A stretch of 63,985 nt of DNA, the filler included, from Alloascoidea hylecoeti (Eukaryota): assembly GCA_001600815.1 (NCBI GenBank). It is 4 parts of 4 records of this genome, joined end to end, with 100 filler letters (N's around TTAATTAATTAA, not from the genome) between each part and the next. Parts side by side here need not be neighbours in the genome. Positions count along the whole stretch, not along the records: positions 1 to 23,569 come from BCKZ01000041.1; positions 23,670 to 37,081 come from BCKZ01000044.1; 2 more parts are not named here. The stretch is one strand, 5' to 3'. This document shows positions 11,555 to 24,203 of the stretch, one piece after another; positions within the stretch are counted from its first letter, which is position 1, and each line of letters starts with the position of its first letter. A program made the translations under genes and the position numbers. The notes beneath the pieces are model-generated. The model saw only the letters and a program-made list of their open reading frames with translations. It did not search any database and was not told the DNA's origin.

Positions 11555-13264
11555 TTATTGTGTTTTCCTTTTAATTATACCATTTTCATCATTTTGATAT
11601 TTTAAAGTAAACCATCTAAAAACATTAATAAAAACTAATATAATCCAATTTAAATAAATACTTGTGTTTGTTGTAGTTGTAATATTTCCAATATCACACC
11701 AACCATTAACAGGTAAACAATTAAAATATTTACACCATGAACAATTCCCACCACCATTTTTAAAATTTTTAATTAATGCTATAAAATAAATTAAGATTAA
11801 TATTAAACAAATTAATCTTACAATTGACCAAATTATAAAAATTTTTAAATTTCGATTTTTTAAAAATTTAAAAGTTATTAAATATTTAAATTTTTCAAAT
11901 GTTGATTTTCTTTCATTTATTATATCATAACCAGATGCTGATAAAAAAATTGAACCATTTATATCTTCATTATCTTTTGATGATGATGTTTTTGATGATA
12001 AATAAGAATTTTTAACAAATAATGGATCATTTAATAAACTTATACCTAATAATATACCCATTGCAAAACCACCTAGATGAGAAAAATTATCAAGACCAGG
12101 TAATAAACCTAAAACAAAAGAAATAATAATTTCTAAAACAATAAATATTAAATTTTTTAAAGGATTTTTAAAAGTTTTCCATTTAAATAATAAATCTAAT
12201 AAATCTAAAGAAATTATACCAAATAATGAACCAGAACAACCAGTTGATGCAATACCATCAGGAGCAAAATTTCCACCTAATAAAAAACCAGAAATACCAG
12301 ATAAAAAATAAATTAAAAAATATCTTATTAAACCAATTTGTTTTTCATATTGTGAACCCATTGTTAATTGTAATAATAAATTAAAACCAATATGAATAAA
12401 ACCAGCATGTAAAAAAATTGGAGTTATAAATCTCCACCATTGATCAGGAGTTAAAACATTTGAAGAATTAAATTTTAAACCACCCATACCACATAATTCA
12501 GATAATGAACAAACATCAGTTGTTGTTGAAGTTGAATTTGGACATGGGAATAAAATGCTTGTTTCATTCGTAACACCAGGTATTTGATGCATACATGGAG
12601 TAAACCTTGCACCCATATTAATTAAAACATAAGAGGATGGACCAATCATTGGATTAAAACTTGGTTTTAATTGAATTGGAGAACCAGTATAAACACCCAT
12701 TTTAACTAATTCAGCAATGAAAACCGCAACTTGAATAATTGATAATAAAATAGATAAAAAAGCATATCTTGAATAGATTTGAAAAAATTTCGATTGTGGT
12801 TCGTTATTTGTATAAGCTATGGGAGGTTGTTGATGATGATGACGATTTTGTTGATTTTCAGGATCAAAATTTGTAGTTCTATTTATATCTAAATCAATAG
12901 GAGTAGAACTATTATTAACATTATAAGTTGAATAAGAAGAAGTTTCATAATTTGAATTATCTTTATTATTGGAGTTTAAATGCAAATTCAAAGGATTTGG
13001 ATTATTATGATTAGAACCAATGGGGATATTTTGCTTTCGTTGTTGTTGAGAAGAATATTGATTTAATGGGATATTTTCATTATATACGGTAAAGTCATCG
13101 GTTGAGTAAGCATTTCCATTATTAGACGAATGAATGTAAGAGTTTCTTCCACTTTGAGACATGGGAGATGGGATATTGTCCTGGTGTAAGTTTATACTTG
13201 TTGGAGGGCCTTGTTGTGGATAGAGAGTGGAATAAAACTCCTGTTTTTGTGTACCTGTAGACAT
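11555..13264 (-). CDS. Rhomboid family intramembrane serine protease
   Basis: WWRFITPIFLHAG, GCSG catalytic Ser, SHLGG catalytic His, multiple TM segments. Confidence 0.93.
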   Translation of the reverse strand: MSTGTQKQEFYSTLYPQQGPPTSINLHQDNIPSPMSQSGRNSYIHSSNNGNAYSTDDFTVYNENIPLNQYSSQQQRKQNIPIGSNHNNPNPLNLHLNSNNKDNSNYETSSYSTYNVNNSSTPIDLDINRTTNFDPENQQNRHHHQQPPIAYTNNEPQSKFFQIYSRYAFLSILLSIIQVAVFIAELVKMGVYTGSPIQLKPSFNPMIGPSSYVLINMGARFTPCMHQIPGVTNETSILFPCPNSTSTTTDVCSLSELCGMGGLKFNSSNVLTPDQWWRFITPIFLHAGFIHIGFNLLLQLTMGSQYEKQIGLIRYFLIYFLSGISGFLLGGNFAPDGIASTGCSGSLFGIISLDLLDLLFKWKTFKNPLKNLIFIVLEIIISFVLGLLPGLDNFSHLGGFAMGILLGISLLNDPLFVKNSYLSSKTSSSKDNEDINGSIFLSASGYDIINERKSTFEKFKYLITFKFLKNRNLKIFIIWSIVRLICLILILIYFIALIKNFKNGGGNCSWCKYFNCLPVNGWCDIGNITTTTNTSIYLNWIILVFINVFRWFTLKYQNDENGIIKRKTQ

Positions 13265-13771
13265 TTTAGATCTCAGCCCCGGGAACTCCCACAGTCACTT
13301 TATTTTATATATATATTCGAGAAGCGGAAAAAGATGTGAACAGAGTTGAAGGCCAAAACAGTCGCAGTGCCCACCAAAAAAACCAAAAATAGCAATTAAC
13401 ACGTAACTAACGATTTATAAATGGAAATAAACAGAAATCCCATCCAAATTGTTTGGGAGGAGAATTCTGGAGGGATTATGTAAGCGTGGGCACGTGATGC
13501 ATTATCTTAGAATACATACTGAGACAGTTTGTAGTTTAGATCTCGTTTCATTTATGTTCCAAATGTTCCTTTTATTATAACCACCCAAACTAAATAAAAT
13601 CCTTATGGTCACTAGTTGGTCAAGCAAGATTACCCAATAAAGTTAACATAAAAGATTGACAACAATTTTGTATATATATAATTTTGCCTGTGTATATTGA
13701 ATACCGGACCATAATATACACACCACTTTTTGATTGATTTTTCCACCTTCATAGAAACAGAAAAGGCAAAA

Positions 13772-14347
13772 ATGTTTGCGAGGAGGTTATTTCAACGAGA
13801 ACTGATTCCCAAACAGGCAATTCAACAAGTATTCCAACCATCATCATTCTGGATAAACCAATCTGTTAAATTTGGAACATGTAGTTTTGTTGGAGCTCAA
13901 GAAGGAAGTAAAAAAACAACAGCACCATGGGTTGCTTTATACAAAAAGACAAAACAAGATACACAAGCTAAAAATACAGCAAGACATAAATTATTATTTG
14001 ATTCAGAAGTCAGTGATATTAAAAATCCAGCAGCACCAATGGGTTATTTCCGTGCTGATTTGAATAATCTCAATGCTAAAGCAGTTGCAGGTGGTGTGCC
14101 AAGAACAGGTCCAACATATGGAAGAACAGTAGCAGTTACATCTGGTGGAGTCGACAAGGCAGTTCAACTTCTTCAAAGGATGGTCTCTTCACATAACTTG
14201 GCAGCAATAGCAGGCAAACAACGACGACATATTAAAAGAAACAATCGTAGAAATGAGACTGCTCGAAGACGATATCGACGAAGGGTTTTGGATGGAGTAA
14301 AAGATATGTTGGATGTTGTGAAATATGCCAAGGACCGTGGATATTGA
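13772..14347 (+). CDS. MRP21: Mitochondrial ribosomal small subunit protein bS21m
   Basis: Basic presequence MFARRLF; C-terminal GRTVAV...Arg-rich S21 domain ending RGY. Confidence 0.75.
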   Translation: MFARRLFQRELIPKQAIQQVFQPSSFWINQSVKFGTCSFVGAQEGSKKTTAPWVALYKKTKQDTQAKNTARHKLLFDSEVSDIKNPAAPMGYFRADLNNLNAKAVAGGVPRTGPTYGRTVAVTSGGVDKAVQLLQRMVSSHNLAAIAGKQRRHIKRNNRRNETARRRYRRRVLDGVKDMLDVVKYAKDRGY

Positions 14348-14549
14348 TGCAAGTTAAAGATGATACAAAAAATGATAAGAAATATAATATAAAATAAATG
14401 TATATATTGGAATAAATATTATTATCGTATGTATTGGAGGTTTCATAGTTTCACTGTAGAAAATGTAATGTTTCCTCCTTACTTTCGTACCTTTTTTAAG
14501 TATTTGTTCTCAACGTTAACACAATTGCAAATATACAAGCACATAAAAA

Positions 14550-15593
14550 ATGGTACGAACCTCCAACTTGTCTTTCCAGTTAAGCAACGTCGTCGGGGAC
14601 CCCTTCGCCCTCACAACCGTCTCCTTCGCCATGGTAAGTTTTGTTGGTTTAAAATAGGGCGGCAGGGCTTGGTGTTTTTTTTTCTAACTTTCAAATATTT
14701 CTCAGATCGGATGGGTGGTCGCGTTTGCAGGCTCAGTTGCATCTGATGCCCAGTCCAGTTTCCCCAAGTTCGTTTGGTGGGGTATTGTTTTTGAACTGTT
14801 CGTGTTGATATTCGTGTTTTATGTTACTGGAGTCAACGAATATGATCCATACCGATTAGCTGTATGTATCATATATGAATCTTACAACTCATGATCATGA
14901 TCAAACTAACTGAAATATATGTAGCTCGTGGGTTCACTGGCAGTTGCAACTGTTTATTCAACAAACATGACAAATCTACTGGTTTATAATGATAAATCTT
15001 CTTATAATGCTGCGGCTGCTGGTCACATATTACTTTCAATCGCTAATATATTATGGTTACTTTATTTTGGAACAACTCCAGAAGCTCCTTTACATGCCTG
15101 GATCGATTCCTTTGCAATAAACAAATCATTCCCAAGCTCAACCAATACTGGAATGGGTATGGGAATGGGAATGGGTATGAGTGGAATGGATAATAATTAT
15201 AACAATTCAATGTCTAGAACTAATAATAACTATGATGATAATCCTTTTAATACTTTAGATCGTCACGATCAAACTTATTCAGAATTCCATCCACAAATGT
15301 ATACAGCTGCTCAATTAGAAGGTTTAGAAAACACAAGTGAACAACAAGCAAAAAATAGTTTAGATCCAAATGGAATGAGTGATAATGATAATAGTGGAAT
15401 TTCAGAGTATCCTTATCGTGCAAAAGCTTTATATTCTTATGAAGCAAACCCTGAAGATGCCCATGAAATATCTTTTGATAAAGGTGAAATATTAGAAATT
15501 AGTGATATACAAGGAAGATGGTGGCAAGCAAGACGTTCAAATGGTGAAGTTGGAAGTTGTCCAAGTAATTATGTTGAACTTTTAAATCCTTAA
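14550..15593 (+). CDS. SHO1: Osmosensor Sho1 (4 TM + SH3); introns 14634-14705 and 14862-14924
   Basis: GDPFALTT, FPKFVWWG, AAAAGHILLS; SH3 AKALYSYEANPEDAHEISF..WWQAR..PSNY; canonical GT..AG introns. Confidence 0.93.
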
Positions 15594-15932
15594 TTTATCA
15601 TAGTTATTTCATTAAAATTATGATTAATCTGTTAAAAAAAAAATGAGAAAATAGTGTACGAACAATTGCCTTTTATTTTTATTATTTCTCAAAAAACATA
15701 TACTTATATATATATGTATCTTACGGTGATCTAGACGTTTTTGTTATTTGGAATTCTTCTTAATTCTTAATTACAATCGATTTGTATAATTTTCTTTCTT
15801 TATTTCTGAATATCTTTGATATAATTGATGTTTTAACTTATTTATTCATATTCAATTTTCAATTTTATAACAATAATATAAACTTTACCCGGCCAAACAC
15901 GACTTTTACACTTTTCATCACATGTAGAAAAG

Positions 15933-18396
15933 ATGGATTTTTCAAATTATCGAAAACAAAATAAGGATATGTCCAACTTATCAACTTTTGATGAAATTGA
16001 TGATTTTGCTTCCGTTCTTAGTGATTCTCGATTAGGCAAGTTTAGAGATTCATTTGATGTTATAAGGTCTTATAGAAAAATTGCTGGAAAAAAGTACGTT
16101 TTTTACAATAAACCTTCACCTTCTATTTATTGTTTGTATATTAATGTGAATATTATTAGTGCTTTACATTTGGCAAATGAGGATGTTTTAACACAAGAAC
16201 TGGAGGATTGGGAACTTGAGGCTAGATTTTGGCAATTATTGGAAATGCTTACGAGGTAAGTCTTTTATTTTTTCAATTTTATATTGAGATCTTTCCTAAC
16301 ATAATAATAAATGAATAGTTTTCGTGTTTCTGAAGAAGAAGATCTTTTACCAACTTATTATTTTTCAAGTAATGCAACATATGAAGAAAATTTATTTAGA
16401 TTGGATCCAAGTTTACGTGAAAAATGGGTACGTGTGTTATTTCCAAATTTCTTTTAAATCTATAATTATTAACTTTGATATATTATAGCTTATCATAAGT
16501 TGGTTACAAGAATCATTTGCATTAAAACAGGAACCAGATCTTTTAACATCAAAATGGTTATATACAAAAACTCAATCAAAATCTTCAAAATTTAATATTA
16601 CAATGTTGGGTAATAAACAGAATAATGAAATTATAACAGAATTAGATTTAGATGCACCATTTAGACAAAATAAATCAATTTCATCGAAAGATAAATCATC
16701 AGATCATGATTTTTTTAAATATATTTTTCATCTTTTAAAATCAAGAAAAATTGATGAAGCATTATTAATTTGTGAAAATACTGGTAATTTATCATTAAAA
16801 ATCGCAATTCAAGGTTTAAATGAATATATTGATCCAGAATTAGATTCAGAATTAACAACAGAAATTAAAGCACATGGAATTACGAAAAGAGCATTATGGA
16901 GACGTTCATGTTGGCAAATGACACAAGTTGATGAATTAGATATTTATGAAAAGGCAATTTATGGTTTTTTAAGTGGTGATTTAGAATCAGTTTTAGCAGT
17001 TGCTGAATCATGGGAAGATCAATTATTAGCATATTTATCACATAATGTTTCAAACGAAGTTGATTTATATTTACAAAAAGAAGGAAAAATTTCAAAAGAA
17101 ATTGCTGATATTTTATTACCAATAACTGAAATATCAAGTACATCACAAATTTTAGAATTTTTATCACATTCAAAAAATAATAAAATTCAAAAGCAATCAA
17201 CTCATTTAATTAGGATTTTAATTGGTGCAGTTATAAATAATACATTACCAATAATTGTTGAACATAGTGCAAATATGATTAATAGAATTGCAGATGGTTT
17301 AGATCGTACAAATGCAATAACAACTTCAAATTATTTATTAAGAATAATGTCACATTTAGTTTTATTTTTAAAAGAAAATAATTTAGGGTCAAAAGAATCT
17401 GATATAGATTCAATAATTACTGCATATTCTGAAAGATTATCATTAAAAAATAAAGAAAATTTTGTACCATTATATGTTTCATATCTTGAAGAATTTCCAT
17501 GTCGAGAAATTTATTCATTTTTATTAACAAATATAACTGATCCAAAACAACGACAAAATCAATTAGAATTAAGTCGATTATATGGAATTGATATTGAAAA
17601 TGTTTTAAAAAGAACTGTTAATAGAGTTTTTGAAGAAAACGTTGAACACTATACACCTGGAAATCAAGTTACAATTGTATCTTCATTAGATGAAATGGAT
17701 AAAAGATTATATAGAACAGTTGAATGGTATAATGAAGCAAGAATGTTTTATGAAGCAATTACTGCTGGTTCTGCACTTTATAGAAGATTATTATCATGTG
17801 GTAGAATTGGTGGTGTTAAAGAATTTGGTAATCGAATTAAAGGTTTAAAAATTTTAAAAGAATATGAAGTTTTAGTTGATTCTGGGATTCAAAAAGAATT
17901 TATAACAGATTTAGAAAAAAAAGAATTTATTGAATATGATAGATTTATTAATACAATAAATTTAATTGATGAATGGGATGAATTTTATTCAAAAGCTCAT
18001 ACACAAAATTGGAAATCTGAATCTGTTGAAAAAAGAATTTTAGTAACTGCTGAAAATATTAGAGAAATGATTGAATCTTGGTTACTTCAATTATTACCAA
18101 AAAGAGATAATAAATTAAGTGGTATGGAAACAGAAGAAGAAGAAATTTTAAATCGTTTAAGAGTTTTATATATTCCTTATTTCGTTTTTGAATTACATCG
18201 AATTTTTGTTGAAGCAAGAGAAACAAGTTGGACTTTTTTAAAAGAAGCTTTGGAATTAGCTGGTGCTGTTGCAGATGAAGATAATAAATTATATGAATTA
18301 TTTATTGCATGTGGTAGATTAAAAGAATATTTACAAGTTGTTGGTAAATGTGCTGCTTTAGCAGCAGCAAAGGGAGAAAAAGGGATTTACGATTAA
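15933..18396 (+). CDS. NUP84: Nucleoporin Nup84/Nup107; introns 16094-16159, 16256-16318, 16428-16488
   Basis: WELEARFWQLL, LDLDAPFRQ, RALWRRSC, YEKAIYGFLSG, SWEDQL, LRVLYIPY. Confidence 0.9.
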
Positions 18397-18462
18397 ACAC
18401 TTTCATTTTTACTTTTAACGCAGAAATAAATTTATATATTAATATATCTAGTTATCAATAAA

Positions 18463-19719
18463 CTAATTTAAACTTGCAGCCTTTTCATAAAGTAAATCAA
18501 CAACATTAGACATATGTTTAATAGTTTCTAATGAAGCATCATAAGTTTCATCTGTTTTTGGATCATCATAAATAAATAACCATCCATTACCTTGATCTAA
18601 AACTCCATAAAATACTTTATCAAGAATCATTTGACTTAATTTTCCTTCAACTTGACGAGAATCTAAACCAATAACTTCTGCAACATGTGAAATTTCAACA
18701 CATGAAAATGGTTCAATCACTTTAACTAAATTTTGTTCCAATAATGTATCATATAATGCAGTGAAATGAGATCTAATAATTGGATCAGCAGATAATTCTT
18801 TACCATATAAACTTAAAGCATCTTCAAATTCTTTTAAACTTCTATTTGAATATGCTTTTGCAATTGCTTTCATTGCATCAATATCACGTCTTACATATTT
18901 TGAAGCAGTTTTACTTGATAAAATTTGATTAACATCATCAGTTAAATTTAACATAATTTTAGAAAGTAACATATATTTTAAAACAGTAACAGTTTTTGGA
19001 TTTTCTTGACCAGCATAACCTTCAAAAGCTTCATAAAAATAAGAAAATGCAGTTTTATAATCTTTATCTTCAGCATGTAATATACCACTCATGTTATCTA
19101 ATTCAGCTTGTTGTAATGGAGGACAATAAATTGAATTTGCACTTGTTCTTGCACTTGTTAAAGCAGCCCTTGCTTTTGGAATATTTCTAAAAGCATGATA
19201 TACTTTTGCTTCTAATAATTGAACATCTACCAAAGTTGATTTATCATCCAATCGTTTTAATTCCCGTAACAAAGAATCAATTAAAGTTATTGCATCGAGT
19301 TGAGTTCCTCTTTCAAAATAAAGAGATGCCAAACGATATTGTAAAGATTGTCGTAAAAAAGATCTTTTTTCTTCAATTGTCCATTGAATACAATCTTTCA
19401 AAGTAGCTATTTGTACATCAATTGAATTTGGAACAGTTGCTAACAAATCAACCAAATTACGAATAATTTTAGCAGTTTTTGATTTGGCAAAAGAACCAAT
19501 TACAGTTCTTGCTTTTGGTATCAAAGCAGCAAGTTGATCAATCTTGTCGTTGTCCCGATAAAGAGTCCCCAATTCTTTGATGGCATCTTCTTTTTCCTGA
19601 ATAAGAGATTCGTTGTGAGAATTTGGTTTCTCAAGGATTCTGAAGTATAATTGCTCAGCAACGTCCAATTTCCCTGATTTTGCTGCTTTCCTTGCTTCTT
19701 CAATTTCTTGGCCTGACAT
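18463..19719 (-). CDS. RPN6: 26S proteasome lid subunit Rpn6
   Basis: KSKTAKIIR, ARTSANSIYCPP, DYKTAFSYFYEAFE, PCI domain; ATG at 19719. Confidence 0.97.
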   Translation of the reverse strand: MSGQEIEEARKAAKSGKLDVAEQLYFRILEKPNSHNESLIQEKEDAIKELGTLYRDNDKIDQLAALIPKARTVIGSFAKSKTAKIIRNLVDLLATVPNSIDVQIATLKDCIQWTIEEKRSFLRQSLQYRLASLYFERGTQLDAITLIDSLLRELKRLDDKSTLVDVQLLEAKVYHAFRNIPKARAALTSARTSANSIYCPPLQQAELDNMSGILHAEDKDYKTAFSYFYEAFEGYAGQENPKTVTVLKYMLLSKIMLNLTDDVNQILSSKTASKYVRRDIDAMKAIAKAYSNRSLKEFEDALSLYGKELSADPIIRSHFTALYDTLLEQNLVKVIEPFSCVEISHVAEVIGLDSRQVEGKLSQMILDKVFYGVLDQGNGWLFIYDDPKTDETYDASLETIKHMSNVVDLLYEKAASLN

Positions 19720-19854
19720 TATTTGATATATAAGATGAAAGTGAGATTTGCCTCCCAAAAAGAGGTTGGAAAGTTTCAGTTTACCCGGAGAATCCAAAAT
19801 AACAACAACAAAACAAAAACCTGTTTTTTCACTATACAAAAGAGAGAAAGGAAA

Positions 19855-21246
19855 ATGAACTCTTCTTTTGCAAACCAACCTCCTCAATCCTCTCTGTTTG
19901 GAAGCGGAATGAGCGTAAATGGAATATCGGCATCCCAGCAGCCTCTGACACACTCACAGTCAGCTTATAACCTCAATGTGAATGGAAATGGTAATGGAGC
20001 AGCTTTAGTGGCCCAAAGACGGATCCAAAATACTCCATCATGGGCTGCTACACCAGAAAGAAGAACTATTCCATCACATTTATCTTCTTCAAAAAGGCAG
20101 AATCGTTTGCATTTACCAGGAACACCAGACAGAAGTAATCTTGCTGGTTCAAATAGTTTTGATAAATCTCCTCCTCGAACAGGATTTGGTGCCAGTTCAT
20201 TTGGAACTCCAAAACCAACCAAGAAAAAATTGAGTGTTTTTGATCAGGATGATTTACCTCCAACTGAAAGTATTTATGACTTAGGTCCTTCTCCATTTAG
20301 TGTTAAAAAAGATCATGGAACTCCAAATGGGAATTTATCACGAACAACAACAATGAATTCTTTTGCTATGTCAAGATTAGGAACACCTCAATCAAAAAGA
20401 CAATCTTTAACAAATAATACTTTAGGAACTCCAAATTTACGTTCTAGTAACTTAAATACCGTAGTTAATGCTTCTTCTTCATCATCAACATCACCTGAAG
20501 ATGAAAATGCAGTTGTTGTTTTTGGCTATAGTGAAAATATGTCTTCTGTTATATTAAATCATTTTTCAAGATTTGGTACTATATTGGAAAATTTACAACC
20601 AGCAAATGTTGATTCTCCTGCAAGTCCTTCGAAATCACCGATTAAAACAACAAAAAATAAAACTGTTCCTTTATTAATGGGTAAAACTTGGATAAAATTA
20701 ACTTATGATAATCCTTCATCTGCTTTACGTGCAGAGAATGAAAATGGTACTGTTATTGCAGGACAAATAATTGGTTGTGTTAGATATTCTCAAGAAATAA
20801 TTGAAAAATTAAAATCTGAAGTAACAATTGATGATTCATCATCATTAAATTATTCATGTGTTATTGATTCACCAATTTCTAAATTATCTAAATTATATAA
20901 CTCAAATGAACCATATTTTTTTTATGATAATTCTGATATTAATGAAATATCAAATTCAAATTCAAATTCAAATTCAAATTCAAGATTATTAAATCATACA
21001 ATTTCAATGCCAATAATTAATCAAAAATCATCATACTCAAATTCAAATGGTCATACACAAATACTTTCAATGAAAGATGGTCGTGGTATATTTAAAGATA
21101 AAGATAAATCATTAAGAATAACTGCATTAAGTAATAGTCAAAATAAAAATAATTCAAATTCTTTAAATAATGATAATTCAAATGATTGGCTACAATGGAT
21201 ATCTAAAAAAGCACAAAATTTAGTATTTGGATGGGATGATTTGTGA
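19855..21246 (+). CDS. NUP53: Nucleoporin Nup53/Nup35 (ASM4/NUP53 family)
   Basis: DLPPTESIYD, RRM-like VVVFGY..HFSRFG..WIKLTY..A..ENG, C-terminal amphipathic LVFGWDDL. Confidence 0.88.
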   Translation: MNSSFANQPPQSSLFGSGMSVNGISASQQPLTHSQSAYNLNVNGNGNGAALVAQRRIQNTPSWAATPERRTIPSHLSSSKRQNRLHLPGTPDRSNLAGSNSFDKSPPRTGFGASSFGTPKPTKKKLSVFDQDDLPPTESIYDLGPSPFSVKKDHGTPNGNLSRTTTMNSFAMSRLGTPQSKRQSLTNNTLGTPNLRSSNLNTVVNASSSSSTSPEDENAVVVFGYSENMSSVILNHFSRFGTILENLQPANVDSPASPSKSPIKTTKNKTVPLLMGKTWIKLTYDNPSSALRAENENGTVIAGQIIGCVRYSQEIIEKLKSEVTIDDSSSLNYSCVIDSPISKLSKLYNSNEPYFFYDNSDINEISNSNSNSNSNSRLLNHTISMPIINQKSSYSNSNGHTQILSMKDGRGIFKDKDKSLRITALSNSQNKNNSNSLNNDNSNDWLQWISKKAQNLVFGWDDL

Positions 21247-21511
21247 AAACAATTAGATAATAATAGATCTATATATATAAAACATAATATGATGCAATTC
21301 TTGTTGTATAATAATCACTAATATTAATTTATATTATATTAGCTTACAATTTGGCATTTTAATAGCAGATTTAAATAACAAAAAATAAATCATATCTCTT
21401 TTCGTAATGTTGAAAAATCAGTTGCCCTAATATAACAAAAGTTTAAAAGTTTAAAAGTTTAAAAGTAAAAAGTTAGTTATAATTTATAATATAAGATTTT
21501 ATATGAAATAA

Positions 21512-22734
21512 TTACCTTCTTTTTTGGGTAGTTCCACTATTGAAAAAGCCAGTTTTTCTTCTCATATTATATAAACTTAATTGGTCATTATTATTAATTG
21601 ATGATAAACTTGTTCTTGGATTAGCCCAACTAGGAATTGGTGAATAACCACCAACAACATCATGTGTAACAAATTGACGTCTTGTTTGTGGTGCAAAAAA
21701 ATTAATATTTTCTTTATTATTACTTTTTTCATTAACTTGTATCGAAACATCTCTATATTGTTTTGAAAGATTTGGTCTAACAACTTTTTTATCATATTCA
21801 AGTAATAATTCTTTATGAATTAAAATTTGATCTTTTTGATTAATTAAAAATCTTTCAATTATTAAATGTTCAAAATAAATTGTTATTATAACTAATGAAA
21901 CCATTAATTGAATTGATAAATTTGTTGCCATTAAAATTAATAATGTATGAATTGGTGAAAAAGTAATTGTTAAATATAAACTAAATTTTGAAGGATTCCA
22001 AACTCTTATTTGCCAAATTTGTCTTTGTTTTGGTTTTTGTGGTTGTGGTTGTGTTTTTATATTTTCATCATTATCATCTTTTTTAAATCTTCTTCTAAAA
22101 ATTGGAGAATTGAAAATCCTTCTAAATGGAGAATCTGTCGAAGATGGTTGAATTGCTTCTGGATCATCAAGATCAACTATTGATGCTGATGGTGAATTTG
22201 GATCATCATCAAGTGAACGTCCCAATAATGAATAAACTTTTCTTTGATTGGAACAAATAATTGCATTAAAAAAAGAAATACCAGTGAGAATATAAGTTAG
22301 AGTACGAAACTAAATCATGAATAAATATAAATGGTTAATAATTTTCAATATAATTTTCAATATAATTTTCAATGATTTTTAAATGTTTATTATTATCATA
22401 CCAACCAACTGAAAAATGATTCTTTAACATCTTCAAATATATCCGAACCATTTACTAAAGATTCATCAAACATTCCATTATCATAATCTTTATCATTTAT
22501 TCTTTGATATGCAAAATGACAACAAATTAATAAAAAGGATAATATACCACCTAATGGTAATGCAACTGTGGTTGCAAGAGGATCCCAGTCTATTGAAAGA
22601 CGTAGTTCATTTAATTGTAACAACACATCAAATGGATATGATCTTAATCTTTCTAATAATGGTTGTCTACGGATTACCTTGCGTTTAGAGAATCTTGTTG
22701 TTGATTGTCGTCTTGACACTGGTGTTGAAGGCAT
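21512..22734 (-). CDS. NUR1: Nuclear rim protein Nur1/Mug154; intron 22310-22401
   Basis: RRQPLLERLRSYPFD, WNPSKFSLYLTITFSPIH, KELLLEYDKKVV. Confidence 0.85.
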
Positions 22735-22826
22735 TTCGTGTTGAGGTTTGGAGGTTTGAGAAGGTTGAAATTTGAAGTTTCCTGAAGGAAAATTACATTA
22801 AACATATCTCCTCCACCATTACATTA

Positions 22827-23569
22827 ATGAAGGATTTCAACGAGGGTTTCGACCTGTTTAAACGGGAAGTCTCAGAAAATGCAGAGAAGTGCGGCGATAG
22901 TAAAATTCAGGAAATCAACTTGGAAAAATTCTTTGGTAATCTAAACGAACATACGAATTTGAAATCATTTCAAAATTTCTTCGGAAAATTCTTCTTTAAA
23001 AACCCCGTCAGTCAGCTTCATATGAAGCAATTCCTGTTAAACCTCCCTATAACTGGTCTATTTTTAAAAAAGAGGCCTATAAATAAAAACATGATGAGGC
23101 AAAATGGTTCTCAAATTACATCGACATTTACAGAAAAAGGTGTCAGTAGTGCTAGCAGCTACACTCAAAAATTAAACAGAATGTCAGACTATTTAACAAA
23201 AATTAGATTGATTCTGGAGTCAGAAATTGATTTTAGCAGCGAAAAAATGTGGCTGGAATCCGNATTGAGTAANGANNTANNGANNNATCTTCNANNTATT
23301 GTAGGTANGTTCATCACGCCAGNNGTTATTACTTATCCCCAATTGAATGAGAAGGATATATCATCTTTTCTACTCTTAAAATTATTTAAACCAGCTATAG
23401 CTCTCTTCAATTTATTGACTGAGACAGAAGATATGGAAATTGTATTGGAAAAATCAGCCTTTTTCAATCCTAAAAGTGGTGCTCCTTTAGATCTGGAGAC
23501 TGTCTCAGATTATATCATAATACCTGAAAATGAAGTGGAACCTATAGTGACGATAGAAGTGAAAAGAGG
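22827..23569 (+). CDS. Orphan protein with putative PD-(D/E)XK (REase-fold) nuclease motif, truncated by contig end
   Basis: Ends ..VSDYIII..EPIVTIEVKR; alignable along its length with the protein at 36304. Confidence 0.55.
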
Positions 23570-23669
23570 NNNNNNNNNNNNNNNNNNNNNNNNNNNNNNN
23601 NNNNNNNNNNNNNTTAATTAATTAANNNNNNNNNNNNNNNNNNNNNNNNNNNNNNNNNNNNNNNNNNNN
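23570..23669. other. Artificial contig linker (N + TTAATTAATTAA + N); also at 37082-37181 and 59598-59697
   Basis: Identical 100-bp structure three times; stop codons in all six frames. Confidence 0.97.
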
Positions 23670-24203
23670 CAATCTAAACCCTTCAACTTTAGAATCAATA
23701 TCTAAATTTTTAAAATTGAACAAAGTTTTTCTAATAATGCTTTTTGTGAAAGAAATCTAACATATAAAGTAATTTAATAAAAATTCATCAAGATAACCAA
23801 ATAAATCTATTGATGAATTATAACATGATCTAACAAGGTTATAATTATATTCTAGATTACCAGTTAATAATGATTTAGTATATAGGTATACAGTGATTTT
23901 GGCTTCTATTGGTTGTGTGCTCATTAATTTTGATATATTTATTTGAACCAGCAGCTATTTTTTCCGAAAATGAAGTGACCATAGCGATAGTTCCTTATAA
24001 CTATAAGGTTTTGAAGTAAATCATACACATTCATTAGTTATAGTTAAATTTCCATAGATGAAAAATAGTTAAGTACTTGACTGTTCCGCATTATCAGCAA
24101 ATTGGGTCCAAAACCTAAACAGTTAAAAAGTCCTCGATTTACTCCACCTTCACCAGGAAAGTTCTTAGAAGATATCTCTCTTATTCTAAATCCATTTAAA
24201 CCA
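23670..24203 (-). repeat. ~500-bp dispersed non-coding repeat, copy A
   Basis: Reverse complement of 35598-36074 with two indels. Confidence 0.9.

Noticed and set aside
18463..19953. Apparent overlap of extended RPN6 and NUP53 ORFs
   Set aside because: True ATGs at 19719 and 19855 leave a normal 135-bp divergent promoter
23614..23625. TTAATTAATTAA palindrome repeated three times
   Set aside because: Synthetic six-frame-stop spacer embedded in Ns
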